64,000 nucleotides of DNA from Dehalococcoidia bacterium (GCA_965242755.1 OZ251500.1:2625339-2689338); one strand, 5' to 3'; shown: positions 37,322 to 47,135, numbered from the stretch's first letter. Translations and numbers: made by a program. The notes: generated by a model not told the origin, from the sequence alone.

Positions 37322-37498
37322 GTGGATCTTCTCCGTCAGGTTGCGCGGGCATTGTGCGCCGCCGGGCGGCGCCGCGCAAGGGGCGCGTGTCCGATTGGGG
37401 GATGGATTCGCGTAGGCGAGAGGGCGGGGCCGGCACGCCTACACGGGCAGCTGCGTCGTGTTTGGGGTACCCCTACTCCCGGGCGCGCACGAAATTAC

Positions 37499-37665
37499 GC
37501 CTCCATCGCGCCGCGACCGCATCGAGCGCGCGTTGCGCGGCCTCCGTAACCTCGGGCCCGACGCCGTCGCCGGGCAGAACCATGATGTCGAATGTGGGCA
37601 TTTTGCGTTGCCTCGCTCTTACGAAAGCCGCCTCATCGTAAGGGGCGGGGAGCGACGGCGCAAGG
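37499..37665. repeat. Direct repeat DR2: leuB' 5' fragment copy
   Basis: Encodes MPTFDIMVLPGDGVGPEVTEAAQRALDAVAAR then diverges. Preceded by the shared junction GGGCGCGCACGAAATTAC (37481-37498). Confidence 0.9.
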
Positions 37666-37872
37666 GGCGTATGGCGGCGTTGTCATTCCGCGTAGGCGGC
37701 ACCTAGCCCACCGGGGGCGCTCCATCCTTCGTAATCGTCGCCCGCCTACTGACCGTCATTCCCGCGTAGGCGGGAATCCAGGAACCCGCGTAGGCCGCTG
37801 CGGGCGCTCGACCTTCCAGCGCCTCATCATCGCCCGCGTAGTCAGGCTCCTCTTCCGCGAAGAGGAGCGGCG

Positions 37873-39132
37873 CTATCGCGCCGACTGGATGTCCCGCCTA
37901 CGCGGGCAGGACGGTAGATTACGCAAAGGTCTCGTTGAGGAATGCCCGGAGTATGGCCGGCTGCGGGAGTTCGGCGAGCGGCCTCCGTATGCGCGGTCGT
38001 GGTCGCGCGCCTCTTTGACGATGAGGAGTTCGTGGGAGGCTTTGACGTGGTGGTTCGTTCCGTTCTCGATGCGGTTCTTGCCGATGCGCGTTTCGCCTTG
38101 CCCAAGCGTGTATTGCCATTCGACCTCGATGATCTTGCAGTCGGCGTACCACTCGCGGATCGGTTCGCAGTCGTTGTAGGAGAGGACGAATCCCCCCTCG
38201 TGGCGGCGCAGGAGGTCGCGCAGGAGGTCGTGGCGGAAGTTCGCGTGGTGGATGGGGAAGTTGCGCTGCGGGTAGATGCCGCGGAACATTTTGCTGTCGC
38301 CGTCGAGGTAGTAGGGCGGGTCGCAGTAGAGGAAGTCGCCGGAGTGGGCGGGGATCGTGTCCTCGAATCCGCCCTGCGTCACGGAGAGGGTTGGGCAGGA
38401 GAAGCGCTCCACTTTGGCGACGAGCCGCTCGTAGCGGACTTCGTCCTCGTAGATTTTGGACATCCAGCCGAGGAAGCCTGGCCCGTAGGCGAGGTTGTGG
38501 TTGAACCAGTAGTGGGCGGCGAGTTCGAGGGGGTCGGCGATGGGGCGCGTTCGCGTCCAATGCTCCTTGAGGCGCTGCTTGATCTGCCGGTAGCGCTGCT
38601 GGGTCGGCTCCCATTGCCTGATGCGGTCGGCGAGCGCTTTGGGGGCGCTCAACTGGACTTCCCAGTAGTTGGTCAGGACGTCGAAGACGTCGTAGCCCTG
38701 CACGGGGACGCCGAGTTCTCTGGCGCAGGCGATTTCGACGGAGCCGCCGCCGATGAAGGGGGAGACGACGCGGGAGAGGCGGCTAGGGAGGTTTTCGACG
38801 ACGTGGCCGACGGCGAGGCTTTTGCCTCCGGCGTAGCGGAGGGGGAGGCCGTTGTATCTGCCGTATTTGTAGCGTCCGGCGCTGCGGAGGGAGGCGAGGA
38901 AGGCGTCGCGTGTGCCGCGTCCGTCGAGGGCGGCTTGTCCGCGCAAGGGCTTGTAGGCGGCGCGGGGCTCGGCGAGCGCCAGAGCGTCCCGCACTGCCGG
39001 TGACAGGCGAGACGGCCATTCGCCAGCGTATGCGGGCTCGACGTGGTCGACGACGTCCTCGACGACTTGGTCCTCGTCGCGCAAGGCATCGTTCTCTCGC
39101 AAGCGCACCTTCAAGCGTTCAATATCCACCAT
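37873..39132 (-). CDS. Dam-like (D12 class) N6-adenine DNA methyltransferase, apparently orphan
   Basis: LRYAGGKSLAV...VVSPFIGGGSVE (motif I region) and FLYCDPPYYLDG (DPPY). ATG at 39132. The 3' end reads into a REP/IS-IR repeat, so the exact C-terminus is uncertain. Confidence 0.8.
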   Translation of the reverse strand: MVDIERLKVRLRENDALRDEDQVVEDVVDHVEPAYAGEWPSRLSPAVRDALALAEPRAAYKPLRGQAALDGRGTRDAFLASLRSAGRYKYGRYNGLPLRYAGGKSLAVGHVVENLPSRLSRVVSPFIGGGSVEIACARELGVPVQGYDVFDVLTNYWEVQLSAPKALADRIRQWEPTQQRYRQIKQRLKEHWTRTRPIADPLELAAHYWFNHNLAYGPGFLGWMSKIYEDEVRYERLVAKVERFSCPTLSVTQGGFEDTIPAHSGDFLYCDPPYYLDGDSKMFRGIYPQRNFPIHHANFRHDLLRDLLRRHEGGFVLSYNDCEPIREWYADCKIIEVEWQYTLGQGETRIGKNRIENGTNHHVKASHELLIVKEARDHDRAYGGRSPNSRSRPYSGHSSTRPLRNLPSCPRRRDIQSAR

Positions 39133-39220
39133 GCGCCGTACCTTATATCCAACGCCCGGCCAACGCAACCATGCGCCCAGCCCCGTGCGCGCCTACCCCC
39201 ACGGGCGCGCACGAAATTAC

Positions 39221-39385
39221 GCCTCCAGCGCGCCGCGACCGCATCGAGCGCGCGTTGCGCGGCCTCCGTAACCTCGGCCCCGACGCCGTCGCCGGGCAGA
39301 ACCATGATGTCGAATGTGGGCAATTGCGTTGCCTCGCTCTTGCGAAAGCCGCCTCATCGTAAGGGGCGGGGCGCGACGGCGCAAG
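39221..39385. repeat. Direct repeat DR3: leuB' 5' fragment copy
   Basis: Encodes MPTFDIMVLPGDGVGAEVTEAAQRALDAVAAR. Preceded by the same junction GGGCGCGCACGAAATTAC (39203-39220). Confidence 0.9.
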
Positions 39386-39539
39386 CGGCGGGTGGCGGCG
39401 GTTGGCACCGGTAGGTTCCCGCTTTCGCGGGAATGACGTGGCGGCGGGATGGCTTGGGGACGGGGCGCGGGGCACCCCGTCGTGGCGCTGTCGCGCCGAC
39501 TGGATTCCCGCCTGCGCGGGAATGACGGAGGTTATGCAA

Positions 39540-39945
39540 AGGTCTCGTTGAGGAATGCCCGGAGTATGGTCGGCTGCGGGAGTTCGGCGAGCGGCCTCCG
39601 CAGGCGCGGTCGTGACCGCGCGACTCTTTGGCGATGAGGAGTTCGTGGGAGGCTTTGACGTGGTGGTTGGTTCCGTTCTCGATGCGGTTTTTGCCGATGC
39701 GGGTTTCGCCTTGCCCAAGCGTGTACTGCCATTCGACCTCGATGATCTTGCAGTCGGCGTACCACTCGCGGATCGGTTCGCAGTCGTTGTAGGAGAGGAC
39801 GAATCCCCCCTCGTGGCGGCGCAGGAGGTCGCGCAGGAGGTCGTGGCGGAAGTTGGCGTGGTGGATGGGAAAGTTGCGCTGCGGGTAGATGCCGCGGAAC
39901 ATTTTGCTGTCGCCGTCGAGGTAGTAGGGCGGGTCGCAGTACCAG
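39540..39945 (-). pseudogene. 5'-truncated copy of the Dam-like methyltransferase (C-terminal ~135 aa only)
   Basis: YCDPPYYLDGDSKMFRGIYPQRNFPIHHANFRHDLLRDLLRRHEGGFVLSYNDCEPIREWYADCKIIEVEWQY... is near-identical to 37930-38335. Homology stops abruptly at ~39945. Confidence 0.85.
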
Positions 39946-40622
39946 TAGCACTTGCCAGGTGGGGTTGTAGGCGCTGTCGAGGATCGCTTTCTTGTAGTCG
40001 CCGTCGGGGGCGACGGCGATGGGGATGACGATGTAGCCGAACTTCTTGCCGTCGGCTTTCCGCATCGCGCGGCCGACGGCTTGGACGACGTCGACGACGG
40101 AGCGTCGGGGGAGAGGAAAAGGGCTCCGTCGAGGTCGGGCACGTCGACGCCTTCGGTGAGGCATCGCGCGTTGGAGAGGATGCGGCATTCGCCCTCCGCG
40201 TCGGCATTGATCCACTACAACTTCTCGGCGCGGCGCATCGAGTTCATCGTTCCGTCGACGTGGTCCGACGTGTAGACAAGGGCGTCGTGGATGCCGTTGC
40301 GCTCCTAGTCGTCGGGGGCGTAGAACTTGCACTGGATCGCGGCGAGGCCGGCGCCGCTCCTGAGTTCGGCGACGATGTCGACGCCCGTGTCGGGGCGGCC
40401 GGGGTTGCCCGGCCACTCGCTCCAGAGCCAGACGTTGGAGAATGTCCGCGAGTAGAGCGCGTCCTGCTGGAAGTACCGCTTGACGAGCCGCTCGAAAGCG
40501 GCGCCCTTGGCGGGCTCGCTCGTCGCGTCCTCGCGGATTTCCGCGAGGACATCCCCGAACGTCCGTCGCCGCGGAGGGGCGGCGCACGTATTGTCGGCTT
40601 GCGTCATCATATCGCCGGGCAT
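39946..40622 (-). pseudogene. Remnants of a COG4889/type ISP-like helicase-nuclease (N-terminal Mrr-type nuclease fragment + helicase motif VI fragment)
   Basis: The ORF 40305-40622 N-terminus (FERLVKRYFQQDALYSRTFSNVWLWSEWPG...TGVDIVAEL...AIQCKFY) ends in a stop. A different frame holds VDVVQAVGRAMRKADGKKFGYIVIPIAV...YNPTWQVL (helicase motif VI region). Intact homologues are several kb, but only ~0.68 kb remains. Confidence 0.6.
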
Positions 40623-40813
40623 TGTACGCGATGGGGCGCGCGGGGGCGCAAGGGGCGGGTGTCCGATTTCGGGGGGAGGGGGGCGTGGGCGGGAAGGGGA
40701 ATCTACTGGACGCGGGAGGCAACCAACGCCCCGCGCCGCCTGCGTTTGCCGAATGGCGCGGGAGCGGGTATACTCTCCGTCGCGCCTTCTCGCGTAAGCG
40801 TGCGAATCCGACG

Positions 40814-42172
40814 ATGACAGACTACGACATCGCAGTGATCGGCTCAGGCCCCGGCGGCTACTCCGCCGCCGTTCGCGCCGCCCAACTCGGGCTGCGCGCC
40901 GTTTGCGTCGAGCGCGAAACGCTCGGCGGCGTCTGCCTCAACCTCGGCTGCATTCCCTCCAAAGCCCTCCTGCGGAACGCGGAGGCGCTGCGCGCCGTCA
41001 AAGGCGCCGGCGAGTACGGAGTCCGCGTGACCGGCGTCGAGGCCGACTACCCGGCCGGCGTCGCCCGAAGCCGCGGCGTCGTGGAGCGCTTGCGGAAGGG
41101 CGTCGCCCACCTCTTCCGCCAGCACGGCGTCGCGTATATCGAAGGCGACGCCTACATCGCGGGCGCGAACGAGATCGCCGTGAACGGCGAGCGGATCGGC
41201 TGCGCCTCCCTCATCATCGCAACCGGCGCGCGCCCCGCCGTCCCCGCTCCCTTCAAGGCCGACGGCGAAGTCGTCGAGACCTACCGCGAGGCGGTCCTCG
41301 ACGAGCGCGTCCCCGACCGCGCGGTCATCATCGGCGCGGGGCCGACCGGCGTCGAGTTCGCGTACCTCTACAACGCCTACGGCGCGGACGTGACGCTCGT
41401 CGAGAGCCTTCCGCGCATCCTGCCTAAAGAGGACGCGGAGGTCACGCAGTCGCTCGCCCGCGCGTTGGAGCGGCAGGGCGTTCGCATTCTGACGAGCGCG
41501 ACGGTGGCGGGCATCGACGTTCGGGACGGCGAGGCGAGCGCGGCGATAATTACGTCCGACGGCGAAGTGCGCTTGGACGCCGACCGCGTCCTCATCGCGG
41601 CGGGGATCGTCCCCAACACGGACGGGCTCGGCGCGGAGAACGCGGGAGCGGCGCTCGACCGCGGGTTCGTCCGCGTGGACGAGCGGCTCTGCGCCAACGG
41701 CGAGAGCGTCTACGCGGTGGGGGACGTGAACGGACGGCTTCCGCTCGCGCACGTCGCGCAGGCCGAGGGCGTCCACGCCGCGGAGCGCATCGCAGGGCTT
41801 TCGCCGCAGCCGCTCGACTACCTTGCGATGCCCCGCGCCGCCTACTGCGACCCGCAGACGGCGAGCATCGGCCTCACGGAGGCGGAGGCGCGGACCCGCG
41901 GCGCGGTCAGAGTCGGCAAGTTTCCCTTTATCGCCAACGGCAAAGCGCTCGCCGCGGGCCATAAGGACGGATTCGCTAAAATTGTCGCCGACGCAGAAAC
42001 GGGCGAACTGCTCGGCGCGCACATCGTCGGCCACGAAGCGACCGAGTTGCTGGGCGAAATCAGCATGGCCCGGCTGCTCGACGGAACGGACGTCGAAATC
42101 GGGCGGATGGTCAACGTCCATCCGAGCATGTCCGAAGCGGTGAAGGAAGCCGCGCTCGCCGCGCTGCGCTAG
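40814..42172 (+). CDS. lpdA: Dihydrolipoyl dehydrogenase
   Basis: DIAVIGSGPGGY, redox disulfide GGVCLNLGCIPSK, and the C-terminal dimerisation motif HPSMSEAV. ATG at 40814. Confidence 0.9.
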   Translation: MTDYDIAVIGSGPGGYSAAVRAAQLGLRAVCVERETLGGVCLNLGCIPSKALLRNAEALRAVKGAGEYGVRVTGVEADYPAGVARSRGVVERLRKGVAHLFRQHGVAYIEGDAYIAGANEIAVNGERIGCASLIIATGARPAVPAPFKADGEVVETYREAVLDERVPDRAVIIGAGPTGVEFAYLYNAYGADVTLVESLPRILPKEDAEVTQSLARALERQGVRILTSATVAGIDVRDGEASAAIITSDGEVRLDADRVLIAAGIVPNTDGLGAENAGAALDRGFVRVDERLCANGESVYAVGDVNGRLPLAHVAQAEGVHAAERIAGLSPQPLDYLAMPRAAYCDPQTASIGLTEAEARTRGAVRVGKFPFIANGKALAAGHKDGFAKIVADAETGELLGAHIVGHEATELLGEISMARLLDGTDVEIGRMVNVHPSMSEAVKEAALAALR

Positions 42173-42206
42173 GCGGCGGCGCGCCATCACGGGTTGGAGG
42201 GAACGA

Positions 42207-43988
42207 ATGACCAACGGCAACTTTGACTTCGCGCTTGCGATAGGGGGTTCGGCGGGGCAGGGCATCGCCACCCCGGGCGACACGCTCGCCCGCATCGTCG
42301 CAAGGCGCGGACTCCACCTGTCCACCTACAACGCCTATCAGTCCATCATTCGGGGCGGCCACATTTTCCTCACCGTCCGCATCGCGGAGCAGGAAGTTCG
42401 CAGCCACGGCGACAAACTGGATATGCTGCTCGCCCTCAACCAGGACACGATGGACCGGCACCTGCGCCTCCTCGGCTCCGGCGCGGCGGCGCTCTACAAC
42501 AGCGACGACGTCTCCCCGGGCGACGCCGTCGACGGCGTGCAACTCTGCCCCCTCCCCGTCAAGGAGATCACGGGCCTCCAGCGCGCCGGCCTCAACCAGA
42601 ACACCGTCGCGCTCGGCGCGATGATGCACCTGCTCGGCCTGGACTTCTCCCTCTTGGAGACGAGCATCGCGCAGCAGTTCGCCCGCAAAGGCGAGGACGT
42701 CGTCAACGAAAACGTCCGCGTCGCCCTCGCGGGCTACACCCACGCGCAGGAGAACTTCGTCCCCTATCCCGACCCGATGCCGGAGGGCGGCGAGCCGCTC
42801 GCGGTTTGGTCGGGCAACGAGGCGCTTGCGATGGGCGGCGCCGCGGCCGGCGTGAAATTCTACGCCGCCTACCCGATGAGCCCCTCCACCGGCGTCCTCC
42901 ACTGGTACGCGCAGAACGCCCGCAGCCTCGGCATTATGGTGCGCCAGGTCGAGGACGAGATCGGCGTCGCCAATATGGTCGTCGGCGCGGCCCACGCCGG
43001 CGCCCGCGCGATGTGCGCCACCTCCGGCGGCGGCTTCGCCCTCATGACGGAGGCCATCGGCGCCGCCTCGATGATGGAGATCCCCTGCGTCTTCATCAAC
43101 GTCCAGCGCGCCGGCCCCTCCACCGGCGTGCCGACCAAGACCGAGCAGGGCGACCTCTGGCAGGCGCTCGGCGCGAGCCAGGGCGACTTCGAACGCTTCG
43201 TCGTCAGCCCCACCGACGCGCTCGACGCCTACAACACCGTCCCGGAACTCTTCAACCTCGCCGACAAACTCCAGTGCCCAGGCGTCATCCTCTCCGACCT
43301 CCTCATCTCCGAAGGGCGGTACAGTTTCCACCCGCGCGACGTCGACTTCCATCCCGTCATCGACCGCGGCGCGCTCGTGAGCGAAGAGTCCGCCAACGGC
43401 GAGGAGTACCTGCGCTACAAGGACACGCCTAGCGGCGTTTCCCCCCGCGCGCTCCCGGGCACGCCCGGGCACGTGCACACCGTCGCGACGGACGAGCACG
43501 ACGAAGACTCGGTGCTCCTCTCCGACGAGTTCACTAATCCGCACCGCCGGCGCGCCTCCGTCGAGAAGCGCGCCCGCAAGTTCCAAGACGCCGCGCGGCT
43601 CGTCGCCCCCCCGGAGATCGAAGGCCCCGCCGATGCCGAGGCGACGCTCGTGGGCTGGGGCTCCACGGCGGGCGTCATCGCCGAGGCCATCGAGCAACTC
43701 GCGGCGCGCGGCGTAACCGTCAACCGCCTCGCCGTCAAATGGCTCATCCCCCTGCACGCGGAGGAGATCGAGGCCGCGCTGAACGGGCGGAAGGTCATCA
43801 TCGTCGAGAACAACTACTCCGGCCAGTTCGCCCGCTACCTGCGGAGCGAGACCGGCCTCAGCGCCTACGGCCACGTCCGCAAGTACGACGGCGAGCCGTT
43901 CGCGCCCCACCACATCGCCGACGGCGTCGCCGACCTGCTCACGGGCGAGGGCGGCGTCTACGTCCCCTACCAGGAAGTCATCGTCTAG
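42207..43988 (+). CDS. korA: 2-oxoacid:ferredoxin oxidoreductase, alpha subunit
   Basis: 593 aa with fused gamma/alpha-type domains (GGSAGQGI..., AYPMSPST, EDEIGVANM). Followed directly by the beta subunit. Confidence 0.85.
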   Translation: MTNGNFDFALAIGGSAGQGIATPGDTLARIVARRGLHLSTYNAYQSIIRGGHIFLTVRIAEQEVRSHGDKLDMLLALNQDTMDRHLRLLGSGAAALYNSDDVSPGDAVDGVQLCPLPVKEITGLQRAGLNQNTVALGAMMHLLGLDFSLLETSIAQQFARKGEDVVNENVRVALAGYTHAQENFVPYPDPMPEGGEPLAVWSGNEALAMGGAAAGVKFYAAYPMSPSTGVLHWYAQNARSLGIMVRQVEDEIGVANMVVGAAHAGARAMCATSGGGFALMTEAIGAASMMEIPCVFINVQRAGPSTGVPTKTEQGDLWQALGASQGDFERFVVSPTDALDAYNTVPELFNLADKLQCPGVILSDLLISEGRYSFHPRDVDFHPVIDRGALVSEESANGEEYLRYKDTPSGVSPRALPGTPGHVHTVATDEHDEDSVLLSDEFTNPHRRRASVEKRARKFQDAARLVAPPEIEGPADAEATLVGWGSTAGVIAEAIEQLAARGVTVNRLAVKWLIPLHAEEIEAALNGRKVIIVENNYSGQFARYLRSETGLSAYGHVRKYDGEPFAPHHIADGVADLLTGEGGVYVPYQEVIV

Positions 43989-44004
43989 CCGGAAGGAGCG
44001 CCTA

Positions 44005-44910
44005 ATGACCACCGCCACGACCATCGAACTCACCGCCAAGGACTTCAAGGGCAAGGTCGACCCCGACTGGTGCGCCGGCTGCGGCGACTTCGGCGTGCTC
44101 AACGCCCTGCAGCGCGCCGCGTCCGAACTCGGGCTGCAGCCCCACGAGATCGTCACCGTCAGCGGCATCGGCTGCTCCTCCAACCTGCCCGGCTACATCA
44201 ACACCTACGGCGCGCACACGCTGCACGGGCGCTCCCTCGCGTTCGCCACGGGCGTCAAGATGGCCAACCACGACCTCACCGTCATCGCCGCCGGCGGCGA
44301 CGGCGACGGCTACGGCATCGGCGGCAACCACTTCACCCACACCGCCCGCCGCAACGTCGACCTCACCTACGTCGTGATGAACAACCAGATCTACGGCCTC
44401 ACCACTGGCCAGGTCTCCCCCACCTCCAGAATCGGCCAGAAAACCAAGAGCACCCCGTTCGGCAGCGTCGAGTACCCCATCAACCCCATCACCTCCGCCA
44501 TTATGAACGGCGCCACCTACGTCGCCCGCGCGTACTCCGGCGAGGTCAAGCACCTGACCGAACTCATCAAGGGCGGCATCCGGCACAAAGGCTTCGCCCT
44601 CATCGACGTCTTCAGCCCCTGCGTAACCTTCAACCTCGACAACTCCCACAACTTCTTCAAAGCCCGCATCCGCAAGTTGGAGGACGAAGGCCACGACCCC
44701 GAAGACTGGGCCGCCGCCTGCGACAAGGCGATGGAGTGGGGCGACGAGATCTACATCGGCAAGTTCTTCCACCTCGAGAACGACAAGGATTCCAACGACA
44801 AGGAATCCCTCACCGACCTCGAGCCCGTCCTACGCGACGGACCCATCGCCAAGCGGCAGGGCGGCCTCACCGAAGAGCAGGCCGACCGCATCCTGCAGCG
44901 GATGATGTAG
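44005..44910 (+). CDS. korB: 2-oxoacid:ferredoxin oxidoreductase, beta subunit (TPP-binding)
   Basis: WCAGCGDFGVL, GIGCSS, GDGDGYGIGGNH, MNNQIYGLTTGQ. Confidence 0.9.
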   Translation: MTTATTIELTAKDFKGKVDPDWCAGCGDFGVLNALQRAASELGLQPHEIVTVSGIGCSSNLPGYINTYGAHTLHGRSLAFATGVKMANHDLTVIAAGGDGDGYGIGGNHFTHTARRNVDLTYVVMNNQIYGLTTGQVSPTSRIGQKTKSTPFGSVEYPINPITSAIMNGATYVARAYSGEVKHLTELIKGGIRHKGFALIDVFSPCVTFNLDNSHNFFKARIRKLEDEGHDPEDWAAACDKAMEWGDEIYIGKFFHLENDKDSNDKESLTDLEPVLRDGPIAKRQGGLTEEQADRILQRMM

Positions 44911-44968
44911 CGCCTCCGCGCGGGAGCGCCCCCAAAGCCCCAAAGGGCGCTCCCGCGCGAACTCCGCG

Positions 44969-45982
44969 ATGCCCGTCACGCAGCAGCAGCAAGCCGAAAT
45001 AGACGCGCTCCGCGCCGAGCGCGCCGACACCCGCAGATCGACCGTCCCCGCCCTCGAGGACGTCCTCTATCAGCCCTTCCCCGTCCTCGACCACGGCTTC
45101 GTCCGCGTCGTGGACTATATGGGCGACGACGCGGCCATCGTGCAGGCCGCCCGCGTCTCCTACGGACGCGGAACCAAACGCTCCCGCGACGACCAGGGCC
45201 TCATCAACTACCTGATGCGGAACGCGCACACCTCTCCCTTCGAGATGTGCGAGATCAAACTCCACGTCAAACTCCCGATCTTCGTCGCCCGCCAGTGGAT
45301 CCGCCACCGCACCGCCAGCGTCAACGAATACTCCGCCCGCTACTCCATCCTCGACCGCGAATTCTACGTCCCCCCGGAGGAGCAACTGACGATCCAGTCG
45401 AGCGCGAACGCGCAAGGGCGCGGAGGCTCCGGCGTCGGCGAGCAAATCGGGTTCGGTTTCGAGAATCGCTCCGGCAGACGCTCCGCCGCGAAAGTCCCTA
45501 AGCAGGAGGAACCGCGCCAAAAGGAGAGAGAAGACGAAGCGCGCCGCGCCGCCGCCAAACTCGTCCAGGAAGCCCTAACGGCGGACGCCGACCGCTCCTT
45601 CGACCTCTACGACAGCCTGCATGCTGACGGTCTCGCCCGCGAGACAGCCCGCATCGGCCTCCCCCTCAGCGCCTACACCCAGTGGTACTGGAAGACCGAC
45701 CTCCACAACCTCTTCCACTTCCTCGCCCTCCGCATCGACGAGCACGCCCAATGGGAGATTCGAGAGTACGCGGGCGCCATCCTCCGCCTCGTTGACCTCT
45801 GGGTTCCGCTCGCCGCCAAAGCCTTCCGCAGTTACCGGCTAGGCGGCCTCCGCCTCAGCGAAGAGGGTCTAGAGGCCGTAAGGCGCCTCGTTCGCAACGA
45901 GCGGATAGACCCCGCCGCGCTCGAAATGTCCCCTCGCGAATGGCGCGAACTCCGCGCCGCCCTCCGCCTCGGCGACGAGTAG
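44969..45982 (+). CDS. thyX: FAD-dependent thymidylate synthase ThyX (with a low-complexity insertion)
   Basis: ThyX motif RHRTASVNEYSARY. 337 aa, longer than the typical 220-250 aa, because of a Gly/Arg/Glu-rich insert (~45400-45560). Confidence 0.9.
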   Translation: MPVTQQQQAEIDALRAERADTRRSTVPALEDVLYQPFPVLDHGFVRVVDYMGDDAAIVQAARVSYGRGTKRSRDDQGLINYLMRNAHTSPFEMCEIKLHVKLPIFVARQWIRHRTASVNEYSARYSILDREFYVPPEEQLTIQSSANAQGRGGSGVGEQIGFGFENRSGRRSAAKVPKQEEPRQKEREDEARRAAAKLVQEALTADADRSFDLYDSLHADGLARETARIGLPLSAYTQWYWKTDLHNLFHFLALRIDEHAQWEIREYAGAILRLVDLWVPLAAKAFRSYRLGGLRLSEEGLEAVRRLVRNERIDPAALEMSPREWRELRAALRLGDE

Positions 45983-46059
45983 GGCTGTTCGGTCCCTAGA
46001 TGACGGACAGGCGCGCAAGCGCCGCCCACTCCGTTGGCCCCCCGGCGCATCGTCGTTCC

Positions 46060-46353
46060 CTCGAATGCTGACGTCGAAGTTCGGGCGCCTGTTGAGGGCG
46101 TGTTGGGGACGCTGAAGCGGAGTTACGAGTACTGGCGGACGCGGCGGGCGGACGGGTTGTGCGAGGCGCGCGCAGGGGCGATTGCGTAGGGGATGGACTG
46201 TCCGTTTGGGCGTAGGAGGCCTGCGGAGCCCTGAAAACGGGGCGAGCAGGGAGGGATGAGGGCGGCCTATGGGGGTTAGATGGGGCGAATTGGCCATCGG
46301 AGCGGCGCGGAACTGCCCCAATCGGCCAAACGCCTAGTTACGCAAATGTCTCC
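46060..46353 (+). mobile_element. Remnant of the IS5-family element (transposase 3' end with internal deletion + 150-bp end + terminal IR)
   Basis: Encodes ...VRAPVEGVLGTLKRSYEYWRTR/RADGLCEARAGAIA*, against VRAPVEGVFGTLKRSYGYWRTRYVGLEK...RRADGLCEARGAAIA* in the intact copy. 46195-46353 is the reverse complement of 13834-13998, ending in GGAGACATTTGCGTAAC. Confidence 0.85.
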
Positions 46354-46403
46354 ATCGGGAGAGGCGCGTTCTCGGCGCTGCGCGTCGCCAATCCAAACCG
46401 GCG

Positions 46404-47135
46404 CTACGCCCAATCGTCCCGCTCGTCGGCGAGGGCGTTGCGGAGGACTGCGGGGACGAAGATGCCGGGGCGCGTCTCCAAGTGGTCGCCGTAGGCGTCC
46501 AGCATGGCTTCGAACTCCGCCGCCGATTGCGCCTCGTCGGCTTTGTCGGCGGCTACTCCTGCGATTTGGTTTGCGTGGAACGGCTCGTACCCGGCGGCGA
46601 TGCGCTCCGCGTACACAGCGGCGTAGGTTCGCCCGTAAGGGCTGCAGGCGAACTCGTCGGCGTAGGCGGCCGGAATCTCCTCTAGGGGCGGGTAACTCCC
46701 AAGCCAAGACTCGATCACCGGCTGCACCGACTTGACGTAGGCGACGGCGTAGAGAGCGGCTTGCGCGGGCGGGTAGCCTTGCGCGACGGCGTCGGCGCGG
46801 ACGGCGATGGCTGCGGCGCGCGCAGCCGCGGCGCGCGCGGCTCCTACGGCGGCGAACTGGGCGTGGAGGTTGTCCATCGCCGCCAGCGCGCCGCTCTCGT
46901 CGGACATCTCGGACAGAACGGCGTCCGCGTCCTCCATGCGGAAATCGTAGGATTGCTCTACGGCGGCGAACTCGTCGGCGTAGGCCGCGTTGAACAGGGC
47001 GTCGTCTGCGATGAACTCGCCGATGGCGTCGGCGCGCTTGAACAGATCGCGCGCCTCGGCGCGGGTCATGCCCGTTCGCCGCTCATCGCCGCCGGACTCC
47101 TCGCGACGCAGCCGCTTCGCTCGTTTGCCGCTCAT
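46404..47135 (-). CDS. Hypothetical Ala/Asp/Glu-rich protein (243 aa)
   Basis: Uninterrupted ORF with GC3 bias. No family recognised. Confidence 0.45.
   Translation of the reverse strand: MSGKRAKRLRREESGGDERRTGMTRAEARDLFKRADAIGEFIADDALFNAAYADEFAAVEQSYDFRMEDADAVLSEMSDESGALAAMDNLHAQFAAVGAARAAAARAAAIAVRADAVAQGYPPAQAALYAVAYVKSVQPVIESWLGSYPPLEEIPAAYADEFACSPYGRTYAAVYAERIAAGYEPFHANQIAGVAADKADEAQSAAEFEAMLDAYGDHLETRPGIFVPAVLRNALADERDDWA

Noticed and set aside
39111-39323. ORF MPTFDIMVLPGDGVGAEVTEAAQRALDAVAARWRRNF... (and the equivalent at ~37500-37600) considered as extra leuB genes.
   Set aside because: Only the first ~35 codons match leuB, and the rest is unrelated. They are the distal direct-repeat stubs described in the findings.
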